A DNA stretch of 64,000 nt, from assembly GCA_963706595.1 (NCBI GenBank), contig OY970166.1, positions 3,776,001-3,840,000 on the forward strand. The letters are read 5' to 3'. A program made the translations under genes and the position numbers. Source of the DNA: an uncultured cyanobacterium. GTDB lineage: Bacteria > Cyanobacteriota > Cyanobacteriia > Cyanobacteriales > Nostocaceae. The notes beneath the pieces were generated by a model that was not told the origin of the DNA, made no database searches, and was given only the letters and a program-made list of their open reading frames with translations. Below are positions 31,338-44,573 of this stretch, piece by piece (the first letter of the stretch is position 1; each line of letters starts with the position of its first letter).

Positions 31338-32303
31338 ATGACATCGGCTGATCAATCAACTCGATTAACCCACAATAGCCTGGAAAAACAAACCAGTCCA
31401 GCTAGGGTTCTGGATGTCGGTTTTTGGGGACTAACCCTGTTACTAGCCATTGGTTCTGGAGCAGTTTTACTCTGGGTAATCGCCCAGACTGCGATCGCAG
31501 CTACACCAGCCATTCAAGAATTTGGCCTCGGTTTTTTATGGGGTACAACCTGGAACCCTGTCACGAACGTCTACGGCGTGCTACCTCAGATATATGGAAC
31601 CATAGTCACCGCCTTTATTGCCCTGTTAATTGCAGTTCCTCTGGGCATTGGAGTAGCAATATTTTTAACCGAAGGATTTGCTCCCACTTGGGTGACAACT
31701 CCCATTGCCTTTGCCATTGAGCTAATTGTTGCTATTCCCAGTGTCGTTTTAGGAATTTGGGGGATTTTTATCCTCATTCCCGCTATTAAACCTGTTTTCA
31801 GCTTTCTCAATACTTACTTCGGCTGGATTCCTATTTTTAGTGGCAATGCGGCTCCAGGCAATAGCCTCTTGATTGTGGGCTTGGTATTGGCAATTATGAT
31901 TGTGCCTATTATTATCTCTATTACCCGTAGCACCTTTGAAGTCCTACCCCCATATCTCCGCAATGGTTCCTTAGCTTTGGGCGCAACTCGTTGGGAAACA
32001 ATCCTCAGAGTGCTGATTCCGGCTGGCTTGTCTGGCATTGTCAGTTCTGTGATGTTGGCTATGGGTCGAGCCATGGGGGAAACTATGGTGGCCGCTATGC
32101 TAGTTGGTAACGCCAACCGCATTAACATTTCATGGCTTCGTCCCGGATCGACTATTACAGGTTTGATTGCCTCCCAGTTCGGAGAAGCCGGACGCACCCA
32201 AGTGGCGGCGCTGATGTACGCTGGCGTAGTGTTAATGATCTTGTCGCTGGTGGTGAACATTTTAGCTGAGATGATTATTCGTCGATTCCAGAATATTGAG
32301 TAA
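31338..32303 (+). CDS. pstC: Phosphate ABC transporter permease PstC
   Basis: WNP...IYGT, AIPSVVLGIWG, LGATRWET, GRAMGETM. Confidence 0.95.
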   Translation: MTSADQSTRLTHNSLEKQTSPARVLDVGFWGLTLLLAIGSGAVLLWVIAQTAIAATPAIQEFGLGFLWGTTWNPVTNVYGVLPQIYGTIVTAFIALLIAVPLGIGVAIFLTEGFAPTWVTTPIAFAIELIVAIPSVVLGIWGIFILIPAIKPVFSFLNTYFGWIPIFSGNAAPGNSLLIVGLVLAIMIVPIIISITRSTFEVLPPYLRNGSLALGATRWETILRVLIPAGLSGIVSSVMLAMGRAMGETMVAAMLVGNANRINISWLRPGSTITGLIASQFGEAGRTQVAALMYAGVVLMILSLVVNILAEMIIRRFQNIE

Positions 32304-32369
32304 CGTTTCCGGCTTTTAACTCAGCTTTGATTCAGAGTAGATGCAAAATTAAGTTTACAAAGATTAATT

Positions 32370-33275
32370 ATGGATAATCTCAGTCATCAGCCTAACCTTG
32401 GGTATAAAGGCAATGATTTCGATATCAGTGAGAAGACTATGGCTCCCCATCGCCGCCTCACTGGGCAGGTGTTGACGATTTTAACTATGGTCTTTGCCGC
32501 CACGGTAGTTATCCCTCTGATTTGGGTTCTGGTGAGCGTATTTCAAAAGGGTGTTAGTTCCCTGGTATTTCCAGATATTTTTACTAAGCTCCCCCCACCA
32601 CCTGGTTTATCTGAGGGGGGCTTTGGTCATGCCATTGTCGGGACTTTAATGACTCTGGGAATTGGTACAATGATTTCAGTTCCCTTTGGTGTAATTGCTG
32701 CGATTTACCTGGCTGAGTTTGGTCGGGGGAGTAAGTTAGCTTATTTGGTGAAATTTTCCTGCAATGTCCTCACTGGAGTCCCGGCTATTCTGTGTGGTTT
32801 ATTTGCTTATTCCATTGTGGTTACGCCTTTAAAGTCGTTTTCGGCTTTTTCTGGTGGTGTAGCCTTGGCTGTGTTAATGCTGCCCATTATTATTCGGTCT
32901 ACGGAAGAGGCTTTGTTGCTAGTACCGAATGAGTTGCGGTTGGCTGCAACTGGTCTGGGGGCTACCAGATTTGAAACCGTTGTCCAGATTGTGTTACCCG
33001 CCGCGCTAACTTCAATTGTTACAGGTGTTGTTTTATCTGTTGCCCGCGCATCGGGGGAAGCGGCTCCCTTGCTGTTCACCTCCTTTAATAATAATTTCTG
33101 GGCTACGAATATTTGGGAACCTGTGGCAACTCTGCCAGTGTTGATTTACTTTTTCTCGATTATTCCCTATAAAGCTTCCCAGAGTTTGGCTTGGGCTGCT
33201 GCCTTAATATTATTGGCAATTGTGCTGTTGTTTAGTATTGTGTCTCGGTACTTTAGTCGGAAGAGGACGTTCTAG
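32370..33275 (+). CDS. pstA: Phosphate ABC transporter permease PstA
   Basis: GGFGHAIVGT, AIYLAEF, ARASGEAAPLLFT. Confidence 0.95.
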   Translation: MDNLSHQPNLGYKGNDFDISEKTMAPHRRLTGQVLTILTMVFAATVVIPLIWVLVSVFQKGVSSLVFPDIFTKLPPPPGLSEGGFGHAIVGTLMTLGIGTMISVPFGVIAAIYLAEFGRGSKLAYLVKFSCNVLTGVPAILCGLFAYSIVVTPLKSFSAFSGGVALAVLMLPIIIRSTEEALLLVPNELRLAATGLGATRFETVVQIVLPAALTSIVTGVVLSVARASGEAAPLLFTSFNNNFWATNIWEPVATLPVLIYFFSIIPYKASQSLAWAAALILLAIVLLFSIVSRYFSRKRTF

Positions 33276-33342
33276 CATCAGGGAGTTGGCATCAATTTTG
33301 GTGCTAGAAACTCATCTAGGTTCTATTTAAATTGGAGATATC

Positions 33343-34152
33343 ATGGAACAAAAAATGAGTAGTGCAACCGTAGATACTAAGCATATTTTTCAAGTCAACA
33401 ATCTATCGGTTTACTATGGCGGTGCGATCGCGCTTCGGGATGTGACAATGGATATCCAGAAGGATAAAATTACCGCTTTCATTGGTCCTTCGGGATGTGG
33501 TAAAAGCACTCTGCTGCGTTGCTTCAATCGCACTAATGACTTGATTGCAGGCGCTCAGGTCAAGGGACAACTAAATTACCGGGGCCAAAACTTTTATGCG
33601 CCTGGGGTTGATCCGGTGGTAGTCCGTCGTCGGATTGGAATGGTGTTTCAGCAGCCTAACCCTTTCCCGAAGACAATTTATGACAATGTAGCCTATGGCT
33701 TGCGGGTGAATGGCATTAAGAACAACATGGATGAGATTGTGGAAAATTCTCTCCGCCGTGCCGCCCTCTGGGATGAGGTGAAAGACAGTCTCCAGAAGTT
33801 GGGAACTTCCCTTTCAGGGGGACAACAGCAGCGTCTGTGTATTGCCCGCGCTATTGCAATTCAGCCAGATGTAATTCTGATGGATGAACCTTGCTCTGCC
33901 CTTGATCCTGTTTCGACGATGCGGATTGAGGAGTTGATGCTTGATCTCAAACAGCAATACACCATTGTCATTGTCACCCACAATATGCAGCAGGCTTCTA
34001 GGGTAGCCGATTATACGGCTTTCTTTAATGCTGAAGCCATGGAAGGAGGTAAGCGAGTGGGTTATTTGGTAGAGGTAGATACCACCGACAAGATTTTTTC
34101 GAGTCCTCAAAATCAAAGCACTCGCGATTATGTGAGTGGTCGTTTTGGTTAA
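33343..34152 (+). CDS. pstB: Phosphate ABC transporter ATPase
   Basis: [33 protein letters not shown]. Confidence 0.95.
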   Translation: MEQKMSSATVDTKHIFQVNNLSVYYGGAIALRDVTMDIQKDKITAFIGPSGCGKSTLLRCFNRTNDLIAGAQVKGQLNYRGQNFYAPGVDPVVVRRRIGMVFQQPNPFPKTIYDNVAYGLRVNGIKNNMDEIVENSLRRAALWDEVKDSLQKLGTSLSGGQQQRLCIARAIAIQPDVILMDEPCSALDPVSTMRIEELMLDLKQQYTIVIVTHNMQQASRVADYTAFFNAEAMEGGKRVGYLVEVDTTDKIFSSPQNQSTRDYVSGRFG

Positions 34153-34155
34153 GGC

Positions 34156-34465
34156 TAGTACAGTACGGCGTAAATAGGCAGACTTTTTCCAAAAGTTCAA
34201 AATCCCAAAAAAAACCTTTGACTTTTGACCTATACTTCCTTCGTGGTACAAGCCCCCAGATTTATCCGTGGAATCAATCGAAAATCCGAAATCTAAAATT
34301 CTTCAGCCCCGATATATAGCAGCCGCCAAGGAGATTAGGACATCGGAAAAGTCTAAAACCCAGTCAAAGCAAGTCTTTCACTTTTGACTTTTGATTTTCG
34401 ACTTTTGACTTTTGCTATATCTGTGGGATAAACCCAAAATCCCAAATCCCAAATTCAAAATCCGC
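34156..34465. repeat. Composite of nested dispersed repeats and MITEs between the two pstB genes
   Basis: CTAGTACAG..GGCGTAAAT start, AGCCCC..GAT.TATC.GTGG twice, and a TATAGCA...TGCTATA element at 34315..34419. Confidence 0.65.
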
Positions 34466-34551
34466 AGTTATATGACTTTTGAGCCGTCCCAGACCTACTA
34501 TGTCGCAAGTCAGTTATCTATCGCCAAATTTCAAACTACACTATATTAATT

Positions 34552-35355
34552 ATGGCTACTAACACTAGTACCGTGAATGACACTGAAACCGCTTTACGCA
34601 CAGAGAACCTGAATGTTTACTACGGCAAGTTCTTAGCTTTGCAGAATATTTGGTTGGATATCCCGAAAAATCAGGTGACATCCTTTATTGGACCTTCTGG
34701 CTGTGGTAAAAGTACATTGCTGCGATGCTATAACCGTCTTAACGACTTGATTAATTCGTTTCGGGCTGAAGGTAAGGTTTATTTTTACAATAGTAATTTG
34801 TATGCACCAAATATTGATCCTGTAGAGGTGCGCCGCAGAATTGGGATGGTATTTCAAAGACCAAATCCGTTTCCGAAATCAATTTATGACAATATTACTT
34901 TTGGAGCCAAAATCAACGGTTATAAAGGTAATTTAGATGAATTGGTAGAACAAAGTCTGCGACAAGCTGCTTTGTGGGATGAAGTTAAAGATAAACTGCG
35001 GCAAAGTGGTACATCTTTATCTGGGGGACAACAGCAACGCTTGTGTATTGCCAGAGCGATCGCAGTACAACCAGAAATTATACTCATGGATGAACCTTGT
35101 TCTGCCCTAGACCCCATTTCGACTTTGCGGGTGGAAGAACTCATTCACGAACTCAAAGAAAAATATACTATTGTCATCGTTACCCACAATATGCAACAAG
35201 CTGCGCGAGTGTCTGATAAGACAGCATTTTTCAATGTGAAGCTTTCCGAAGGTGGGCGCAGTGGTTATCTCGTGGAATACAATTCCACAGAAATGATTTT
35301 CAATGATCCTCAGCAAGAAGATACCCGAGATTATGTCAGTGGCAGATTTGGTTGA
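34552..35355 (+). CDS. pstB: Second phosphate ABC transporter ATPase
   Basis: Same motifs as the first copy; divergent paralog. Confidence 0.95.
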   Translation: MATNTSTVNDTETALRTENLNVYYGKFLALQNIWLDIPKNQVTSFIGPSGCGKSTLLRCYNRLNDLINSFRAEGKVYFYNSNLYAPNIDPVEVRRRIGMVFQRPNPFPKSIYDNITFGAKINGYKGNLDELVEQSLRQAALWDEVKDKLRQSGTSLSGGQQQRLCIARAIAVQPEIILMDEPCSALDPISTLRVEELIHELKEKYTIVIVTHNMQQAARVSDKTAFFNVKLSEGGRSGYLVEYNSTEMIFNDPQQEDTRDYVSGRFG

Positions 35356-35383
35356 GCGCACAGATTGATCACTGTTTTTACTC

Positions 35384-35420
35384 CCCACCCGGCAAAACTT
35401 TGAAGGTGGGCATTTTTTTT
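35384..35420 (+). terminator. Putative intrinsic terminator of the pst operon
   Basis: CCCACC...GGTGGG stem followed by a T8 run. Confidence 0.55.
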
Positions 35421-35471
35421 GATCATTTTACCAGTTATTGCAAAAATAATTAACCGAAACTTAGTAATTGA

Positions 35472-39521
<4,050 letters not shown>

Positions 39522-39672
39522 GGGTGTCTATCCCTACTCAGATTATTTTGAGTGATATTAATAATGACACAGGAAATTCAGTATGTGCGAAACATGAATT
39601 AATTGTAATAAATCTGACACACAATTAGCTGGCTTTGATGGCTTGACTTCTGCAACAACACATATAAACCCA

Positions 39673-39706
39673 AAGATCCCCGACTTCTTGAAGAAGTCGG
39701 GGATCT
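39673..39706. repeat. REP-like palindrome AGATCCCCGACTTCT-tga-AGAAGTCGGGGATCT
   Basis: Perfect inverted arms. Confidence 0.8.
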
Positions 39707-39734
39707 GAACCTCTACTAGCAATACTGATTCGGT

Positions 39735-42257
39735 TTACAGGTTTGATTTTAACATTCGCGTCTCGATTTCTTGCCACCAAGAAGGGGAAGTTTCGCCAAT
39801 TGCTGCTTTTTTGCAATCAATCATGAACCTAGTTGTATAGAGATATTGCGCCTTTAGTGTTTCTAGCTCTTCTTCAGATAAATCAATAATTTCTGGTGTT
39901 AAATTTAAAGCATCTAGCAAAATTATTCGGAATTCTTCAGCCCATTTATTAAGTTCTTTAAGTGGTTGTTGATTGGGAATATTAGATTTAAGTTTATCTA
40001 GGTTTTCAGATAGTTTAGTAAGTTTTTCATAATTAAATATTTGCAATATTTCAAGTTCACGCGTGGCCTCAATAGCTTGGTTAATGAAGTCGAAGTTGGC
40101 AATGGTGTAAGCGCAGGCATAGGCACTTACGATTAAGAATGGATTGGCGATGCCGTAGGTTTTAGCGATCAAGACGTAGGTCGTGTCGTAGTAGGTGTAG
40201 GCATTAGTGATGGCTATGCTGTAGACGTTTCCAATAGCAATTGCACGTTTACCCACAGGCTGAATAGCTCCTCCTGTTCCTGATGTAATCTCATCTGCCC
40301 AATTTAATAAAGCTTGCAATTTAGGCGTATTGATATAGTTTTGGGATTCTTCTTGCATCAAAGATAACAAATCACATGCATTATCACCCATCAATTCTGC
40401 TACCAATAAAAACACTTCTCGCCAGCGAGGATCTGTCAGGTGTCCTTTAACTAATTGCTCAATTCGCTCATTTTCAATAATGTATTGAGCAGTAAAATAT
40501 TCCTGAAATGTCAGATGAGAGAATGAGTAAATACCCGCCGAGTCAAAACCCTGCGCTCGTTTAATTAATAAGCCATGTTGCGCCTCTATAGCTTTTAGAA
40601 CTTCTAGACTCTCATTAGTTGAAATATCTTTGAGATATTCAGCAATATATGTTTGAATTTCAGTTTCCTCAAATAAAGCATATTGCTCTTGATTAAACTT
40701 ACGATTAGCCACATAACTCAGAAGTTTCTGCTTGTCATCTAGTGACAAATTACGATAACGTTCAACACCTAAATCTCGCTGGATATCGCTGTCTTTATGC
40801 CACTGTTCTAACAGCAGCTTGATTCCACTTTTATATAGTTTAGAACGTTGAAAGGGTAAATTTTTAGACTCACCGAAAATCCAGCAAGTCAAACTCAATA
40901 GGATGGGAGTTACAGCTAAATCAGCAATTTGCTTATTTTCCGGTAATCTGAGTGTTGCTAAAAATTTCGCTGTAAGTTCTTCACACTGCTGAGGTGTTAA
41001 TGTAGCAAACCAATTTTCAGCAAATTTTTCAACTTGTTGTGGTTTAAATTCAGCAACTTCAACATAATCGAAATTTTCTAAGGTGTATTCTGTTGTTTGC
41101 GTTCTACAAGTCAGGATAAAATGATTTTTGTAATACTGGGTTTCGCGAGAAAATTCCTCAATTTTCTTTTGAACATTTCGCCGTGAATCACTAGGAACTT
41201 CATCCAATCCATCCAGAAAAATCAAGACTTTACCTTGCTTGAGAATTTGCTTTGTCTGTTCCTGATCTGGCAAGTCAAATTCTTGATGGATCTCGTTTAA
41301 TAAATTGAACTGACTAGCATTTTTGATGGATCTAAGTTCAATCAAAATTGGGATGTGTTCAGATTTAAACTCACCCTGACAACAAGCAATAGCTAAATGT
41401 CGTAAAAATGTAGTTTTACCTGCACCGGTTTGACCCAAAATCATTAATTTATTGTATTTTTTTGCTACTGCAAATCCATCGTCTCTATCTCCACGCTGCC
41501 CTAATGCAACACGGTCAAAGTTATCTCCCAAATTCGAGTCTTGAAGTAGACTTTCCATTGTTGCAAAAGTCTCACTAGAAATACTTTTTAAAAGGTAAAC
41601 ATCCACATAAAGCTGGTCAACGTCAATCCGCTTACCATTCAATAACTTTATTTTGCTGTATAGGTTTTGAATCTTATCACAACATTGCGATCGCACTTGC
41701 TGAACTAGATCATCAATGGACATAATACCCTTTGAGTGAATGATACTGTCCTTTTCTTGGCGAAGCTTCACTTTCTCCTCATCATCAGCTACATATATCT
41801 CCTCTCCGTCTTTACGTCTAATCAGAAGATTGTTTCGTCGATATCCCCCTTGTAAATCTCTTGTCAGCGTGTGCAAAAATGGGCTTGGTGGAATAGAAAT
41901 AACAAATAAATATTTCCCATCTAGTGAGACTAATTCACAATTTATTTCTGCAATACGTGGATTGCAAGCTGAGTTAACTTTATCAAGTATTTGCTTTTTA
42001 TTAATTGTTATTTCGCCAACATCTCGTAAATCTCTTGTTCCGTCAAGCTTTAATTTATTTCCAGCACCAATAATGAGATATCCTGTTTCCGTTGCTGTCC
42101 CAATGTTTCCATTAGTTATAGATAATATATCCTTGATGAATTCATCCCATTCTTTATTTTCTACCTTGCCGCCATAGATTACCTTGGACTCGCTTTTAAA
42201 ATCAAGCTTTGCGCCTTCTTCCCTTCCAATCAAGCACCGGAGTTCTTCACTATCCAT
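39735..42257 (-). CDS. Schlafen/AlbA_2-domain NACHT NTPase
   Basis: N-terminal EEGAKLDFK..IKDILSITN..GYLIIG; Walker A GQTGAGKT; Walker B IFLDGLDE; TPILL; FSHLTFQEYF; PRWREVF. Confidence 0.85.
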   Translation of the reverse strand: MDSEELRCLIGREEGAKLDFKSESKVIYGGKVENKEWDEFIKDILSITNGNIGTATETGYLIIGAGNKLKLDGTRDLRDVGEITINKKQILDKVNSACNPRIAEINCELVSLDGKYLFVISIPPSPFLHTLTRDLQGGYRRNNLLIRRKDGEEIYVADDEEKVKLRQEKDSIIHSKGIMSIDDLVQQVRSQCCDKIQNLYSKIKLLNGKRIDVDQLYVDVYLLKSISSETFATMESLLQDSNLGDNFDRVALGQRGDRDDGFAVAKKYNKLMILGQTGAGKTTFLRHLAIACCQGEFKSEHIPILIELRSIKNASQFNLLNEIHQEFDLPDQEQTKQILKQGKVLIFLDGLDEVPSDSRRNVQKKIEEFSRETQYYKNHFILTCRTQTTEYTLENFDYVEVAEFKPQQVEKFAENWFATLTPQQCEELTAKFLATLRLPENKQIADLAVTPILLSLTCWIFGESKNLPFQRSKLYKSGIKLLLEQWHKDSDIQRDLGVERYRNLSLDDKQKLLSYVANRKFNQEQYALFEETEIQTYIAEYLKDISTNESLEVLKAIEAQHGLLIKRAQGFDSAGIYSFSHLTFQEYFTAQYIIENERIEQLVKGHLTDPRWREVFLLVAELMGDNACDLLSLMQEESQNYINTPKLQALLNWADEITSGTGGAIQPVGKRAIAIGNVYSIAITNAYTYYDTTYVLIAKTYGIANPFLIVSAYACAYTIANFDFINQAIEATRELEILQIFNYEKLTKLSENLDKLKSNIPNQQPLKELNKWAEEFRIILLDALNLTPEIIDLSEEELETLKAQYLYTTRFMIDCKKAAIGETSPSWWQEIETRMLKSNL

Positions 42258-42340
42258 AACTTAAACTAAATAGCTAACTCCTAGTATAGAAACATCTGTG
42301 TTATTTTTTACCCAAATAATCGCGAACGAAGTTTTTTATC

Positions 42341-42598
42341 TCATTTGCCGATACGCTCAAGTTCTTCTCGCAAAACTCGCCTTAATGTATCTTCTAATGG
42401 TTCTCGATGCTGCTGAATATATTCACGCAAAACATCGTTAATCAAAGTTTGGTAATTTCCCCCACCTGCTAGGTGAACTTGCTCACGAAACCATGCCAGT
42501 ATTTCATCATCTAGGCGAATTGTAATTCGAGTTTTGCCAGATGGCGTTGGCTCAATTGCTCCTCGCTTACCTTGGCTAAAATGATACTCAGTTTCCAT
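42341..42598 (-). CDS. brnA: BrnA-family antitoxin (orphan)
   Basis: EYHFSQGKRG..KTRITIRLDDEILAWF..GGGNYQTLIN. Confidence 0.85.
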   Translation of the reverse strand: METEYHFSQGKRGAIEPTPSGKTRITIRLDDEILAWFREQVHLAGGGNYQTLINDVLREYIQQHREPLEDTLRRVLREELERIGK

Positions 42599-42614
42599 AA
42601 ATTATCCCTTTTCA

Positions 42615-42682
42615 TAACGAACCACACCAGACGCAGAGAACACAGAGGAATCAGGGTTTGAGAGAGTTTTTGCGTAAGTCCT
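42615..42682. mobile_element. Partial MITE (TGCGTAAGTCCT end); related copy in the opposite orientation at 61354..61444
   Basis: Shared AGGACTTACGCA terminus and GGTTCGTTA core. Confidence 0.65.
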
Positions 42683-42687
42683 GTTGT

Positions 42688-42966
42688 TTAAAAATCTTCA
42701 TCATCAACAAAAAACTCAGCATCGTCATCAAATCGAGACTTACTCGAACCTGAACCAACAAGACCCCAAAGAGGTTGCAGTAAAGCCATACCAATTAAAC
42801 CCACGCCAGCGCTAAAAGCCAGCACTAAACCGACTGGGATTTGAATTGTTTGAAAAGTTAAGAATTTTAAAGATACAGGTGTGGCATTTTGAACTGAGAT
42901 AATCGCGATCGCGACTACCCAAATAGCCACAACTAGAGATATAAAAATAGGAATCAAAGTTTTCAT
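42688..42966 (-). CDS. LapA/DUF1049-family small membrane protein
   Basis: Two TM segments around SVQNATPVSLKFL. Confidence 0.8.
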   Translation of the reverse strand: MKTLIPIFISLVVAIWVVAIAIISVQNATPVSLKFLTFQTIQIPVGLVLAFSAGVGLIGMALLQPLWGLVGSGSSKSRFDDDAEFFVDDEDF

Positions 42967-43027
42967 AATAATTAAAATTCATACTCCCCTCTCCTTACCA
43001 AGGAGAGGGGCTGGGGGTGAGGTTTGA

Positions 43028-44467
43028 TTAAACTGCTACTGCTTCTAGTTTAGCTATGGAACTTTGCATTTCCTGAGCAACCTTGGCTAGTTTCTCAGCC
43101 GAATTGGTTTCCAGGTAAACGCGTACCAGAGGTTCTGTACCAGAAGGACGCAGCAAAATCCAGCTACCTTCTTCTAAATACAATTTAATTCCGTCTTTGC
43201 GTCCAACTTCTTTGACTTTAATCCCGGCTACCTCCGAAGGGGGATTTTTAGTAAAGGAATCAATGACAGCAGTTTTGTGTGCCTCTGTCAAGTGCAAATC
43301 CAGACGGTCATTGTAAAGCGGACCATCAGCTTCGGCGATCGCTTCCTTCACCAATTGACTCAAGGGTTTACCTTCATAGGCGATCGCTTCTGCCACCAGC
43401 ATATCGGCTAAAATCCCGTCTTTTTCGGGAATATGCCCAATTACACTTAAACCGCCTGATTCTTCACCCCCAATCAGCACGGCAGTTTCCCGCATTTTCT
43501 CACCAATGAATTTAAAACCAACGGCTGTTTCATAAATTGGCAAACCATGTTTAGCTGCGAAATTATCCAGCAGGTGAGTTGTGGCCACAGTACGGACTAT
43601 CGCGCCACTTTGACCTTTGTTTTTAATTAAATGACGTGCTAGTAATAACAGCACAGTATTGGGGGTGAGAAAATTTCCTAATTCATCAACAATACCAAAG
43701 CGATCGGCATCGCCATCTGTAGCCAAGCCCAAATCGGCTTTATCGGCACGTACTGCCTCCACTAACCCAACGAGTTGTTCACCCTTGGGTTCGGGCATTC
43801 CGCCGCCAAATAGCACATCACGAGTCGTGTTAAAGCTTTCTAACTGACAGCCACAGTGTTGCAAAACTTCATCTAAATAACCGCGAGAAGTCGAATAAAG
43901 GGCATCGTACTTCACCTTTAAATTCGCACCCTTGATGCGTTCTACATCCAGTAGGGTGTAGATAAACTTGAGATACTCTGGTTTGGGGTTAAACATAGAA
44001 ATTGCCCCAGCCGGAACACTTCCAGGCAGCGCATCAGAGGCACTTTCAATGTTCGCCACAATAGTATCAGTAATTTCTGGAGTGGCAGGTCCAGCATAAT
44101 CAGGGATATATTTAATTCCACAGTAAGGTGCTGGATTATGGCTGGCAGTAAACATCAAAGCGCCTGCGGAATTTAACAGCCGGGCGTTGTAGGCAATTAC
44201 TGGTGTAGGGCAGTCCCGGTCAGTAATTTTCACAGTCCAACCCAAGTCTGCCAAGACTTCAGCTGCTGTTTGAGCGAACTGGTCAGCTAAAAATCTAGTA
44301 TCGTAGGCAATAAGAACTGGTCTATCTTTTGTATAGGCTGTTTCGAGGTAACTTGCGATCGCCCTTGTTACTTTCCGCACATTGGGAAAAGTAAAATCAT
44401 CAGCTATAATTCCTCTCCAACCGTCAGTACCAAATTTTATTTTGTTTGAATTGCTACTAGCGCTCAT
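43028..44467 (-). CDS. Phosphoglucomutase/phosphomannomutase family protein
   Basis: FGTDGWRG, TASHNP, DGDADR, GGEESGG, RPSGTEP. Confidence 0.95.
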   Translation of the reverse strand: MSASSNSNKIKFGTDGWRGIIADDFTFPNVRKVTRAIASYLETAYTKDRPVLIAYDTRFLADQFAQTAAEVLADLGWTVKITDRDCPTPVIAYNARLLNSAGALMFTASHNPAPYCGIKYIPDYAGPATPEITDTIVANIESASDALPGSVPAGAISMFNPKPEYLKFIYTLLDVERIKGANLKVKYDALYSTSRGYLDEVLQHCGCQLESFNTTRDVLFGGGMPEPKGEQLVGLVEAVRADKADLGLATDGDADRFGIVDELGNFLTPNTVLLLLARHLIKNKGQSGAIVRTVATTHLLDNFAAKHGLPIYETAVGFKFIGEKMRETAVLIGGEESGGLSVIGHIPEKDGILADMLVAEAIAYEGKPLSQLVKEAIAEADGPLYNDRLDLHLTEAHKTAVIDSFTKNPPSEVAGIKVKEVGRKDGIKLYLEEGSWILLRPSGTEPLVRVYLETNSAEKLAKVAQEMQSSIAKLEAVAV

Positions 44468-44573
44468 TGTTGCCCCTTTCTCCCGAATATCTTGAATACT
44501 ATAGGAAGCTTCCCCTAAAGCGTGCGTAGCCGCAAGTCTCCCCCAACGTATTTTTTCTCACTGATATTGAGCA

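Noticed and set aside
40086..40229. Bona fide DGR variable region
   Set aside because: No template repeat or reverse transcriptase is in the window, the segment is internal, and non-adenine positions vary. Kept only as a hypervariability candidate.
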